IMG/VR virus record: IMGVR_UViG_3300045000_000081
Coordinates: 3,736 to 67,735 of that record
Length of the DNA stretch: 64,000 nucleotides
Reading direction: 5' to 3' (one strand)
From: a virus
Lineage: Duplodnaviria > Caudoviricetes
Part shown: positions 1 to 9,288 of the stretch, in pieces
How positions within the stretch are numbered: the first letter of the stretch is position 1
Layout of the letters: each line of letters begins with the position of its first letter
Notes under the pieces: generated by a model
The model's input: only the letters and a program-made list of their open reading frames with translations
The model's database searches: none
What the model was told of the DNA's origin: nothing
Position numbers and translations under genes: made by a program

Positions 1-330
1 TTGCCCCAGACTCGGCGGACCCGAAAAAAAGATTCAGCGTAACCGACCGGCAGAGGGACATGGTAACAGGAAATCCCGGCGATGTCGCGCACTTCGTAAG
101 GACCTTTCATGTCCGCGTGAGTTCCGAAGTCTGCGCGATTTGAGATTTCCAGCACGTCGCGGCAAGCCGCTGTTACATCCCACTCAGCCGAAAGAGAACG
201 CGCCGGAATTCCGGGAGCATCGACGGGCGATTTTCCCGGCGCGAGGGGGAGGGGAGGATACTCAACCGCTTTTGATTGAAAAGCTTTGATGAGTCCAAGT
301 ATGAGAGCGATTTTAAGAAGTTTGTCCATA

Positions 331-522
331 CTAGGGTTTTTCAACCGACAAGACCCAGCCCGCCGTCAGGACTCCCTTTTCAGCAACGAAGAGAGAATAC
401 TGTCCCGACGACGTGTTGCGACGAACCATGACTCGTCGTCCGATTGCCGCGAGTTCGTCGGAGTCGAGACAGGGGTTAACCGTTGGCCTTGTTCCAAAGT
501 TTGTAATTTCCAATGTTTTCAT
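331..522 (-). CDS. small hypothetical early protein (63 aa)
   Basis: ORF whose ATG lies 6 nt after a TTGACG-N16-TATAGT promoter. Confidence 0.65.
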   Translation of the reverse strand: MKTLEITNFGTRPTVNPCLDSDELAAIGRRVMVRRNTSSGQYSLFVAEKGVLTAGWVLSVEKP

Positions 523-528
523 GATGAA

Positions 529-556
529 ACTATATTTTGATTCGGGAAGTCGTCAA
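529..556 (-). promoter_or_regulatory. sigma70-like promoter, leaderless architecture
   Basis: TTGACG (556-551), 16 nt, TATAGT (534-529), 6 nt, ATG at 522. Confidence 0.7.
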
Positions 557-562
557 TACGAA

Positions 563-781
563 TCAACCGATAGGGGATTTACTGACCTTTTCGTCCTCGA
601 ACAAGAGCGGAATTTTTGCTGCCGCAGCCGACATCACGTCGCATTGTTCGGCTACCCCCAAACACCAATGGTGCATCAGGTCCCGGTCAAATTGGAACGG
701 CGGAGTAATGTGAATCTGCCCGTGCCATGCCGCAAGACGACCCATGTCCCTCGCGATTCGTCGTTGTTCGTCTAATTTCAT
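563..781 (-). CDS. hypothetical protein (72 aa)
   Basis: ATG ORF tiling the minus-strand gene array. Confidence 0.6.
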   Translation of the reverse strand: MKLDEQRRIARDMGRLAAWHGQIHITPPFQFDRDLMHHWCLGVAEQCDVMSAAAAKIPLLFEDEKVSKSPIG

Positions 782-804
782 TAGATTATTATGGCACGAG
801 GTTT

Positions 805-984
805 TTAATTGGTCAATCCACCACTTCGAGAAATAGCATCTCGTGAACTTTGGACTACCGGAAATTGGGCAACGTCCGCGATAAATCCATGCACAAGATT
901 CAGTTCGCGTTTGGCGAAAATGTAAAGATGGAGTAGAGTTTCAAACTGTGCCACAGTTTCCAGCAGAATTATTTTTTCTTTCAT
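805..984 (-). CDS. hypothetical protein (59 aa, MKEKIILLETVAQF...)
   Basis: Hand-translated, below the ORF-track cutoff; ATG 6 nt after TTGACG-N17-TATTTT. Confidence 0.6.
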   Translation of the reverse strand: MKEKIILLETVAQFETLLHLYIFAKRELNLVHGFIADVAQFPVVQSSRDAISRSGGLTN

Positions 985-990
985 GCTAAC

Positions 991-1019
991 AAAATAACAT
1001 CATGTCCGATTGCCGTCAA
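991..1019 (-). promoter_or_regulatory. sigma70-like promoter, leaderless architecture
   Basis: TTGACG (1019-1014), 17 nt, TATTTT (996-991), 6 nt, ATG at 984. Confidence 0.6.
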
Positions 1020-1043
1020 TACGAATCGTCAGATAGGGGAATT

Positions 1044-1160
1044 ACCGGCGGTGCCGAGTCGAACGGCATCTTTGGGGCAGCGGGTAATTAGTCCGCCCAA
1101 CCCAACAGGTGTCCGTGTGCTTACTCGCGAGGTCGCACCGCGTTCACGCCTGACCGCCGG
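1044..1160 (-). ncRNA. tRNA-like structured RNA (acceptor stem and T-arm, non-canonical interior)
   Basis: 7-bp stem CCGGCGG/CCGCCGG directly after a perfect T-arm UGCCG-UUCGACU-CGGCA; two long inner arms; intergenic. Confidence 0.6.
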
Positions 1161-1167
1161 TAAAATG

Positions 1168-1323
1168 TTATGGCTGAAGTTCAATCGCCCGGATTAAATA
1201 AACCCACCGGTTATGACAAGCCCGCCAGTAGGAGCGGGTCTCCGCCGTGCCCGAGAGCACGGTGAGAATCACGAACGCAAGGAACGCCCGCGCCAGCCAT
1301 CGACATTGATTTTTTACTGGCAT
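1168..1323 (-). CDS. small membrane peptide (51 aa)
   Basis: Hand-translated MPVKNQCRWLARAFLAFVILTVLSG...; one hydrophobic segment; start overlaps upstream stop. Confidence 0.5.
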   Translation of the reverse strand: MPVKNQCRWLARAFLAFVILTVLSGTAETRSYWRACHNRWVYLIRAIELQP

Positions 1324-2585
1324 GGGAACTCCCCGGGGATACCAAAACCGTGGTGATTACCAAACTTCAACTGAATGTCATACGTCGCCGTTTTTCCGAA
1401 CTTTGGATGAACGAAGAAAAAGAGTTGCGAAGGGTCCACGGGAGAAAAGCCATTAGTAAGACCATAGCCGTCCAGTCCGGGGAATCCGCCGTTGACCAAT
1501 ACGCTTCCGCGTGCGTGCGGAAGTTGAATTCCCCGGTGCATGTGGCCGAGCAAATAATAGTGTGGACTCGGCTGGTCGTGCTTTCCGTAGAGTTGAGTGG
1601 TGCTGCTTACCATTCGTCCAACTGCGTGACTGGGAATACCCAGTGCTTTGTCTCCGCCGCGCAGATGGTCCCCGTGACTCAAATGAAAACGAAATCCCTG
1701 CACATCGAACAGCGCGAAGGGTTGTTCGTTGAGCGTCCACGTCACCGTCCCAAGGTCCCGGGTCAATGCTTGCACGTAGGCGTAGAGAAACTGGTCCAGA
1801 TTCGAGTAGCGATTGTCCGTGGGCATCTTGTGCTGATTCTGCCAACGCGGATGGTTGCCAACGGCGCAATAGATGCGGATGCGTGGCACCAACGGGGATA
1901 TGTTTCGGATAAACTGCGCCAGCGCGTGCCCCGCCCCGTAGAACTGAGAAAACAGGGTCGATTTCTGTTTGGCCTCTGCGCCGTGCTGCAATGCTCCGTC
2001 AATCATATCGCCGCCAAGACAAACGACCAGTTCGTCAATCCGGGTCGTGGTGTGGTCCTGCATGATGGAACGAACGCCGTCTTGCAAAAATTGCAATCGG
2101 TTCAGAAACGTCGTGAAATTATATCCGCCAAATCCGAGGGTTTGATTTGGGGAGATGACCTGACCCACATGGGTATCGCTCAATATCAACACTGCCGATT
2201 GTGCGGACCCCTTTCCGGCGGGCCGGGAGGTAAAGGCTGGATGCGGGTCGTAACTCACCGGAGCCAATGATTTCGCCAACTCGACAAGAGCGTCCGTGAC
2301 GGACGATTGCTTCAATGCCCGCTCATACTTGGAGTATAGCGCATCATATTCGCGCTTCCAATAATCGCCGCCGATGCGCTTTTTGTCGTCCTCGAAGGTC
2401 GTGGAGATTATCACATCCGGCCCCGAGGGTCCGTCATTGATTTTTCCAATCTGAGCCGCGAGACGTTGACGCTTACCGCGGACGGCGGCTTCCGTTCGAC
2501 CCGTCTTTTCGGCAATCGCCTTATCCGTCCAATGCGGTTGAGCGAACAGGGCAATTTCTTCGGGAGACCAATTAGGATTCTTCAT
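1314..2585 (-). CDS. calcineurin-like metallophosphoesterase with N-terminal HTH-like segment
   Basis: Motifs SDTH, GDMIDG, GNH, SHGDH, GHMH; start moved to MKNPNW (2585). Confidence 0.85.
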   Translation of the reverse strand: MKNPNWSPEEIALFAQPHWTDKAIAEKTGRTEAAVRGKRQRLAAQIGKINDGPSGPDVIISTTFEDDKKRIGGDYWKREYDALYSKYERALKQSSVTDALVELAKSLAPVSYDPHPAFTSRPAGKGSAQSAVLILSDTHVGQVISPNQTLGFGGYNFTTFLNRLQFLQDGVRSIMQDHTTTRIDELVVCLGGDMIDGALQHGAEAKQKSTLFSQFYGAGHALAQFIRNISPLVPRIRIYCAVGNHPRWQNQHKMPTDNRYSNLDQFLYAYVQALTRDLGTVTWTLNEQPFALFDVQGFRFHLSHGDHLRGGDKALGIPSHAVGRMVSSTTQLYGKHDQPSPHYYLLGHMHRGIQLPHARGSVLVNGGFPGLDGYGLTNGFSPVDPSQLFFFVHPKFGKTATYDIQLKFGNHHGFGIPGEFPCQ

Positions 2586-3132
2586 TCGGAGCTTGGGGTG
2601 GTATTTCTGGATTTTCGGAATTTTCGGTTTCGAGTATGAGATTGACTTGGTCCTTCGGCGCACGGTCGAACGCGGCATCGAAATCGGCCAATGCGGCATT
2701 GGGGGTTGCGCCCACGCCAATTATGGCCCCACCGGGAATACTACTGTCGCCCCAAACAGCATAAAAACTAATTCCGTCCCGCATTAGCGTCGGACGATGA
2801 ATGTAAGACGGTCGTAACACGAGCGAAGCCGCCGCCGTTTGCGTGGACAAAAACTCCTGTTGAGCTTTTTGAGTCTCCACAAGTTCATCGTAAAAATTTG
2901 TCGCCCCGGTCATCGACCAACGCGCTTCTTCGTCGATAATTTTCTCCAGTCGGTCGCAAATCTTGATGAAAGTATTCTCCGCCGCGACACGGGCTTCCCC
3001 CGGGACCAAGTCCTCGGACTTGGCCATCCACATTCCCACTTCTCGAAGCGACGCGAGAATCACCGTGGCCTGTTGTTCGTTAATAAACTCCCGACTCGGA
3101 ACTATCAGTCCGCTTGCTTTTGGTGAATTCAT
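2572..3132 (-). CDS. hypothetical protein (186 aa)
   Basis: ATG ORF tightly packed in the operon. Confidence 0.7.
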   Translation of the reverse strand: MNSPKASGLIVPSREFINEQQATVILASLREVGMWMAKSEDLVPGEARVAAENTFIKICDRLEKIIDEEARWSMTGATNFYDELVETQKAQQEFLSTQTAAASLVLRPSYIHRPTLMRDGISFYAVWGDSSIPGGAIIGVGATPNAALADFDAAFDRAPKDQVNLILETENSENPEIPPQAPNEES

Positions 3133-3136
3133 TGAT

Positions 3137-3670
3137 TCATGAATTTTTCAAGATTCCTTCGGCCCAAAGTAATAGATGTGTTGCATCGACGGCATTGTCA
3201 TCTAAAATCGCGTCGTTGTCAAGCAGCCGAATTTGTCCATCGTAGAATCTAATCGTCTCGGGATACTTTTTAATCAACCACGCGGCCATCATTTCTTTCG
3301 TGGCCGAGCCGCAGCCTGTTGCGAAAATCTTTAGCTTTCCCGTCGCGAGACACTCGGTAGTCTTCTCATGGAGATATGCGTAGAGCCAGACGGTCGTCCG
3401 AAAACTGGCCCAAAGATGAGCCTGCGCGGTTGACCGCACAAATTGCACGTCTTCAAAGACGATGGCGTCAAAGGAATTTGATTCGTGCATATCTTCGATG
3501 AACTCCCACAAGGCTTGGATACGGGCATCGCCTCGCCGGTCTCCGCGAACCTTGCGTTGAATTGCGAGTGCTTTCTCTGTCGCCAGCAAGACGCTCCCGG
3601 CGCGAAGTTTTCCTTCTCGACGAATGGCCCATCCGGTCGTAGTTCCGAGGTCCAAAGATAGAATTTTCAT
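3137..3670 (-). CDS. RuvC-like Holliday junction resolvase
   Basis: N-terminal ILSLDLGTTTGWA, central IVFEDV, C-terminal DNAVDA acidic residues. Confidence 0.8.
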   Translation of the reverse strand: MKILSLDLGTTTGWAIRREGKLRAGSVLLATEKALAIQRKVRGDRRGDARIQALWEFIEDMHESNSFDAIVFEDVQFVRSTAQAHLWASFRTTVWLYAYLHEKTTECLATGKLKIFATGCGSATKEMMAAWLIKKYPETIRFYDGQIRLLDNDAILDDNAVDATHLLLWAEGILKNS

Positions 3671-4374
3671 CGCGTATTTTCCACTCCTTTTGCCTTCATG
3701 GCTTTTTGAAGTTTCGCAAGCGCGCGGTCGTGCGTCGCCCGAATGGCTTCGCGAGTAACGCCATTCTCACGTCCGATTTCGGCGAAGTTTTTTTGTTCTT
3801 CATAAACCCGGCGAATAATGTCCTGTTCGTGCGGATTCAGTGATAGCTTCGACTCGTTCAACAACGCTTGAAGATGGGAGAGATGCTCGTCTTCTTCCGC
3901 CTCCTGATGGGGGTCATCGGTAGGGATAGGCACACGTCCTGCGTATGTCTTGGGAGAATTTGAAGAGTGATATTCTCCTACATCGTTCAGCGCACGAGTG
4001 GGCGCGTTCTGGTCCGGTTTTCCCGGAATCTTCATTCTCACGGTCGAAAGATTACGCCAAAGACTCGCAATTTCTCCCCGAATAAAAAACTTCAAGTAAA
4101 CCGTGAACCGATGTCCGAGGGTATGGTCAAATTTGTCGAACGCGCGCATTACGGCAAAATTGGCGGCACTCACCACGTCATTGTCCGGGAGCTTTCCCCG
4201 CACTAATTGCCGCGCATGACGCGCCGCAAACAGGAGATGGTTTTTGATGAGAAACTCACGAGCTTCGCTGTCGCCCGCACGAGCTTTGACGAAAAGCTCC
4301 GTCTCTTGTTCACGGGTGAGCATTGTAAACCGAAGGTCTGTGTCCTTCGGATAATATCGGTTATGGTCGTTCAT
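3667..4374 (-). CDS. RNA polymerase sigma-70 family factor
   Basis: Region 1.2/2 LTREQETELFVKARAGDSEAREFLIKNHL; region 4 HTH NFAEIGRENGVTREAIR...ALAKL. Confidence 0.85.
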   Translation of the reverse strand: MNDHNRYYPKDTDLRFTMLTREQETELFVKARAGDSEAREFLIKNHLLFAARHARQLVRGKLPDNDVVSAANFAVMRAFDKFDHTLGHRFTVYLKFFIRGEIASLWRNLSTVRMKIPGKPDQNAPTRALNDVGEYHSSNSPKTYAGRVPIPTDDPHQEAEEDEHLSHLQALLNESKLSLNPHEQDIIRRVYEEQKNFAEIGRENGVTREAIRATHDRALAKLQKAMKAKGVENTR

Positions 4375-6572
4375 GCTTTTTCATATTTATCTGATTGATG
4401 GATTGCACCCCCGCGTTTGAGCGGATAGCGGGCATCGCGATGAATTCGGTAAACCCGGCGGTGTTCGTCTCCGCCCACTTCGATTCGGAAAACACCTTTG
4501 GACGCCAGGGTAGAAAGATTTCTGGCGGCGGTTTGCACATTATAGGGGCGCATGGCTTCCGTCAAGCTCATATCGGAATGAATCGTCTTGTGGAGTTGCA
4601 GTGCGGTCCCCTCCCAAAACAAGGCCGCTGGTTGCTGGTTCATAAAAAACTCCCGCATCGTTTCATCAAGGATTTCTCCAAATGTGGCGCTAGCGGACGA
4701 ATGGTTGGCCGAGTTGCGAAGTGATGGCTCGTGATATTCTTTTACCCCATACCGCGCCTCGGGAGCCTGACATTCTTCGGGAATACGAAAATCAAGAAGA
4801 TACCGCGCGAAGTGAGGCAATTCTTTATTTACCTGCTCCCTCATCTCACCTTCATCGAAGAATTTGAAACCGTCCGTCCGTTCGGGGGCTACCCGGAAGA
4901 GCATGACCTTCTCTTGCATGGACATATCCAGATTGGGAATCCGACGGAGACTCTCGGCGTCATCGTTACCACTACACATTACACGCCCCTGCCAGAGCAC
5001 CTGCCCGGCCTTACGAAACTTTTCGTTTGACCGAAACGAGAAGTTAGCAACACACCGCTTGACCATCTCGTCGAAGAGATGTTGAGTCCGCATAGAGGAT
5101 GCGAGTGAACCGTCGTCCAGACTCCAAATGGGAACGTCGAATAACTCCGAATTGAACTGGTCCTCTCCTTGCAGCCACTCCTTCGCCTCGGCATGACCAC
5201 CCATCAGGCTCGCCCAAATGGCGGTCGTATTGAAAGTTTTTCCACGGCCCTGCCGTCCGAAAATGAACACCGCTTGGCCGGAGCGCGGGTCTCGTCGATG
5301 GAAGGATTGATAGAACCGGGCACCCCACGCCAGAAAAAACTTCAATTGCTCCGGCGAAGAAAAAAAACCATCATAGAAATGAGAGATGAGGGGAAACCGA
5401 CCGGACGGACCCCATATCGTTGTCTCCGCTGCCGGTTGTAACACGTCCTGATTGTGTATGTTCAAAAACTTTTTATGGTTGTAGAACATCACGCCTTTAG
5501 CGTAGCCGCAAAAGCTTCCTGCCGAGGTAATAACCGAAACGTCTTTGATGAGTTGCAGTGCGGAATCGATTTGGGAGAACGATGCCCCTTTTGCTCTCCT
5601 ATCGGTCAATCCGCGCCGGACACGTAAAAAATTTGCAATCTGGGTGCTGTCTTCCCACAGCCATTGGTCCGACGTATTTTTTCGGATGAAACTGCGGCCA
5701 TCGTAGTAAATTCCTTCAATGGCCTTACCCATCTCTTCGAGTTTATATTGTTTGACGAATTCATGGCCAAGAAGTTCAGACCAATCATAGAAAGGTTTTA
5801 TAGCATGGGCGGAGAATGTCTGAATCCCTGTGGCGCGAACCGTGGCCGACTTTGGCGACGTGCTGCCCTCAATCCAGAACGATGGACCCATCGAGTCGAG
5901 CGTGAATTCACCGTCCCACTCGGCGAAGCGCGGATACTTTTTGGAAAGCTCGGCACTGGCAATCTCCAGCGGCACCGCCAGACCGGTAGATTGCCAATCA
6001 AACTTTGCGGAGACTTCCTGAAGCAGCCCGAGCAAGAGCGAATAGGGAACGACTTCGTCAGAGATTTTTTCCCATACGCACCCGTTTGTGTAGAGACGCT
6101 CCGGAGCTTTGAGCGCGCTTTCGTCCAGCCCCGCGACTTGGCGGTAGGGGATGACTTGGTCCAGCTTTGTCATCCAGACGATTGCGAATTCCATCGAAGC
6201 GAGCGCAACGGGCTTCTCAAAAATCCAGATGAGCCGCCAGTTGCCAGAGAGTGACCGCTCAATCCACTGCGGCTTGATTTTCATCCGCGAGATTGCCGCG
6301 TCGATTTCAATTCGCGTAAGCGGATAGTCGATGTCCGCGATATGTGCGTGCTGAAAACGCGGGGGATTCTCGACAGCGGAAATGCGGCCATTGGGATTGA
6401 CCGCCTCGAATCCGGTGTAACACTGGAAATTCGTGTTAGGATTTTGCATCCAAGTGCTTCGTGCCGATTTATCGACGATGCACTTCTCCGGGACGCGGTC
6501 GAGAGCCGTGAACTCCCACGGACGACATGGTTCCGCTGACTGAACCGAGAGATTTTTAGTCGCGAAGAACAT
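4371..6572 (-). CDS. primase-helicase (primase-like N-terminus, SF3/D5-like P-loop helicase)
   Basis: Walker A GRQGRGKT, DQFNSEL, WSLDDG, EKFR motif; lies next to the DNA polymerase. Confidence 0.8.
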   Translation of the reverse strand: MFFATKNLSVQSAEPCRPWEFTALDRVPEKCIVDKSARSTWMQNPNTNFQCYTGFEAVNPNGRISAVENPPRFQHAHIADIDYPLTRIEIDAAISRMKIKPQWIERSLSGNWRLIWIFEKPVALASMEFAIVWMTKLDQVIPYRQVAGLDESALKAPERLYTNGCVWEKISDEVVPYSLLLGLLQEVSAKFDWQSTGLAVPLEIASAELSKKYPRFAEWDGEFTLDSMGPSFWIEGSTSPKSATVRATGIQTFSAHAIKPFYDWSELLGHEFVKQYKLEEMGKAIEGIYYDGRSFIRKNTSDQWLWEDSTQIANFLRVRRGLTDRRAKGASFSQIDSALQLIKDVSVITSAGSFCGYAKGVMFYNHKKFLNIHNQDVLQPAAETTIWGPSGRFPLISHFYDGFFSSPEQLKFFLAWGARFYQSFHRRDPRSGQAVFIFGRQGRGKTFNTTAIWASLMGGHAEAKEWLQGEDQFNSELFDVPIWSLDDGSLASSMRTQHLFDEMVKRCVANFSFRSNEKFRKAGQVLWQGRVMCSGNDDAESLRRIPNLDMSMQEKVMLFRVAPERTDGFKFFDEGEMREQVNKELPHFARYLLDFRIPEECQAPEARYGVKEYHEPSLRNSANHSSASATFGEILDETMREFFMNQQPAALFWEGTALQLHKTIHSDMSLTEAMRPYNVQTAARNLSTLASKGVFRIEVGGDEHRRVYRIHRDARYPLKRGGAIHQSDKYEKA

Positions 6573-6590
6573 CAGATTTTCAAATATACC

Positions 6591-6995
6591 TCAACATCCG
6601 CGCTTTCGCAAGTATAACATCGCGCGACGGAAAAGCTTATCGGATTCGTCGAACATCCCGAGACCGGCGTTACATTTTTGACACAGGAGTCCCCGAACTA
6701 CTCTCCTCCGATGGTCGTGGTCAATGCTCAGTCTCCGTCGAGGGTTTCGGCATATCCAGCAACGCCCGGATTGTCGATGATAAAGGATTTCGTATTGTGC
6801 CGTAGTTAGCCCGTAGCATCTCAGTCGAAATTGTCTCGCGGAGAGTTTTACCTTTTTCGGATTTTTCTTCGCCCAATGGCGTTTTCGGAGGTTGTCACAA
6901 GGTATGCAATAATTCCGGTATCCGCAAGCGGTCTCGGGCCGTTTGCGAAACACAGAATCAGCCTTCGGTTCTCCACAAATTTTGCAGGTCCTCAT
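6591..6995 (-). CDS. endonuclease VII-family (HNH) homing endonuclease
   Basis: CWIC...IDHDH...VRGLLCQKCNAGLG. Confidence 0.9.
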   Translation of the reverse strand: MRTCKICGEPKADSVFRKRPETACGYRNYCIPCDNLRKRHWAKKNPKKVKLSARQFRLRCYGLTTAQYEILYHRQSGRCWICRNPRRRLSIDHDHRRRVVRGLLCQKCNAGLGMFDESDKLFRRAMLYLRKRGC

Positions 6996-8983
6996 TTGAG
7001 ATAGTGGCTCGACTCACATCCTTCGGCGGTGAGTGGGCATCCCGACAACCACGGGGGAGTCCGAGACATTATGCTCGTTACGTCTTTGGGGGTGATTTCG
7101 GGTTCAGCCTCGTTAATCGCTTCGTCGTGGGCGTGAAAGAGCACGTCGAGTCCAGGCGTCTCATCCAATGTCAACAGGTGATGCCCAAATCCATCCCGTG
7201 ATATTGCTTGAATCAAATTCTCGGTAAGCAATCCTCCATAGATAGGGAATCGACGGTCGCCAATCATTGCCGTAAAGACTATTTTCCGTTCAAAGCCCGG
7301 TTTCCCGTCTTTCCGGGGAACAGAGCGCGCCTCCCGTTGAACCTCCGGGTATCTCATTACCCGACCCGAGGGCAGGGTCATCTCGAAATCTCCTCCCACG
7401 CTATCCTTAAAAGCCGTGTCAAGAGATTTCCAGAGCCCCACAATTTTAGGATTTGATTTCCGATATTCGTTAACGATGCGACGGGAGTTGTAACCGTAAC
7501 CCGATACCATCTTAGGTTCCCCATCGCCCCCGAAGCAGGGCTCGCCATCTTCATTGCACGCCTGAACAAACTCGGGGTCTCCCAATGTGATGTTCAATTG
7601 GGCCATTGCTTGCGCGACGATGATAAATTTCTGCCATCCGCAGCCGTAACCGAGACCCAACACGCGAGCCTTGGCCAAAGCGTATAACTCCTTCGCCTCT
7701 CCATCTCCTTGTTTAATAAGCTTTTTCATATCCCCGCGAGTCCAACTCATTGTAGCTTCCGCGTGCGCCTGATAGGGCGATTGACCCTTCGCCATCCGGT
7801 CAAGCATTGCTTGGTCCCCGACAATCCATGCGAGCACCCGGGGTTCAATCTGAGACAAGTCAGAGATGATGAGCTTTTTCCCCGGGCGCGCGATAAAAAG
7901 TTTGCGTATATCGAGAACCTCCGTTACGTAAGACGGAAGTTCTGGAAACGTAGCAATCTCTTTCAGCCGAGTTAAATCGGAAATGAGCCATCGTCGGTCA
8001 TCCAGAAACAAAGGTTCCTTGCGAAGGTTTTGGAGATTCACGCCTGCGTCGCCGGACCAACGGCCCGTGTGCGCGCCAAAATACTTCAACGAGAAACTCA
8101 GGATACCGTCCGGCGAAAGCCGGGTCGCTATCGTTTGCAGCGAGTCGAGGAACTTGTTAATCGACCGCCAGTTTGCGACGTGCTCAATCCACGGATGCTT
8201 GGCGCAATAGGCTTTCTCCCATGCGATGAACGCCTCCTCGCCGTCTCTGCTCTTCACAGGCGGACACGGGATGCCCTGCTTGTGGCAGAGTTCCGCGATT
8301 GCCTTGGGGCTTGTCGGCGGTCTTCCCTCGGCTATCCACGGCAGTTGCTCCTCCGCGATGCGGAGTGCGTCGGTTGCAACGACGATATACTTCTTTAGAA
8401 GCTCCACGTCGATTTGAATTCCCCGGCTACCCTGCTTGATGGTCAGTTCGGAGAGTCTGCGCTCGTGCTCTGGCCAACGATGATTGTGTTTTTCCCAAAG
8501 TTGTTGACAGTGGAAAGCATCGGAACGAGCATATGTCAACATCTCATCCCACTTACCGTCCGCGACCATATCATTTGCATGTCTCCCATTCGCGTAGTCG
8601 CGAGTCTCCTTCGACAAGGTGACACCCAGAAGATACGACGTTGCGTCTTGCAAAGACCGCCGATTGCATAAATAGGCGGACATGTTCGCGGTGCAATGCC
8701 ATTCGGCAGGTTGGACCCGGGGAACCAGTCCCCGCTCCTGAGCCGAGTCCGTCACCATTTTATCGAAGTGTTTATTATGGCTAACTAGAGTTTGCCCGTT
8801 CAGCGAATCCCAGTTGAAGTCCTTTGGCGCACCGGCCCATGAGTCTGTGCCGTCGCTTACCGACAATAAATATGGGTCAAATCGGTCATCGTGGAGATAC
8901 CGCCACATGCCAAGCTCTTTAATGCCGTAACCCTGTTTGGTCGCGTAGAAAGTTTCCCAGTCGTATCCAATTACACGTTTCAT
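6992..8983 (-). CDS. polA: DNA polymerase family A with 3'-5' exonuclease domain
   Basis: ExoI GYDWET, motif A SDLSQIEPR, motif B AKARVLGLGYG, motif C HAHDE. Confidence 0.93.
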   Translation of the reverse strand: MKRVIGYDWETFYATKQGYGIKELGMWRYLHDDRFDPYLLSVSDGTDSWAGAPKDFNWDSLNGQTLVSHNKHFDKMVTDSAQERGLVPRVQPAEWHCTANMSAYLCNRRSLQDATSYLLGVTLSKETRDYANGRHANDMVADGKWDEMLTYARSDAFHCQQLWEKHNHRWPEHERRLSELTIKQGSRGIQIDVELLKKYIVVATDALRIAEEQLPWIAEGRPPTSPKAIAELCHKQGIPCPPVKSRDGEEAFIAWEKAYCAKHPWIEHVANWRSINKFLDSLQTIATRLSPDGILSFSLKYFGAHTGRWSGDAGVNLQNLRKEPLFLDDRRWLISDLTRLKEIATFPELPSYVTEVLDIRKLFIARPGKKLIISDLSQIEPRVLAWIVGDQAMLDRMAKGQSPYQAHAEATMSWTRGDMKKLIKQGDGEAKELYALAKARVLGLGYGCGWQKFIIVAQAMAQLNITLGDPEFVQACNEDGEPCFGGDGEPKMVSGYGYNSRRIVNEYRKSNPKIVGLWKSLDTAFKDSVGGDFEMTLPSGRVMRYPEVQREARSVPRKDGKPGFERKIVFTAMIGDRRFPIYGGLLTENLIQAISRDGFGHHLLTLDETPGLDVLFHAHDEAINEAEPEITPKDVTSIMSRTPPWLSGCPLTAEGCESSHYLK

Positions 8984-9288
8984 TTTAAGGTGCAGCCAAC
9001 CGAGGGATGACGTTGAACTTTACGGGAAACAATGACGCGCGCCAACATATTTAGACGCTCCTCGGCGTTTTTTACGGCCTGACCGGTGATGAACCAATCC
9101 GCATCCGCGTCGGGAACCGCCATTTCTGACATATCCGCTATCGCAATCTGTCGAATGGATGATTCCAAATCCGCTTCCACCGAAGTCAAGAACTCCTCGC
9201 TTACCCGGGTAAATTTTCCCGCCCTTTTCTCCCGGCTCACCTTTAGGGCAAACTTTTTGACGGCGGACCGATTAAGAATTGAACTCAT
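8980..9288 (-). CDS. hypothetical protein (102 aa)
   Basis: Start MSSILNRS chosen from the ATGA overlap with the upstream stop. Confidence 0.65.
   Translation of the reverse strand: MSSILNRSAVKKFALKVSREKRAGKFTRVSEEFLTSVEADLESSIRQIAIADMSEMAVPDADADWFITGQAVKNAEERLNMLARVIVSRKVQRHPSVGCTLK

Noticed and set aside
1-260. partial minus-strand gene running off the left edge (...MKGPYEVRDIAG...)
   Set aside because: The frame is open but the start cannot be fixed and there is no recognisable motif.
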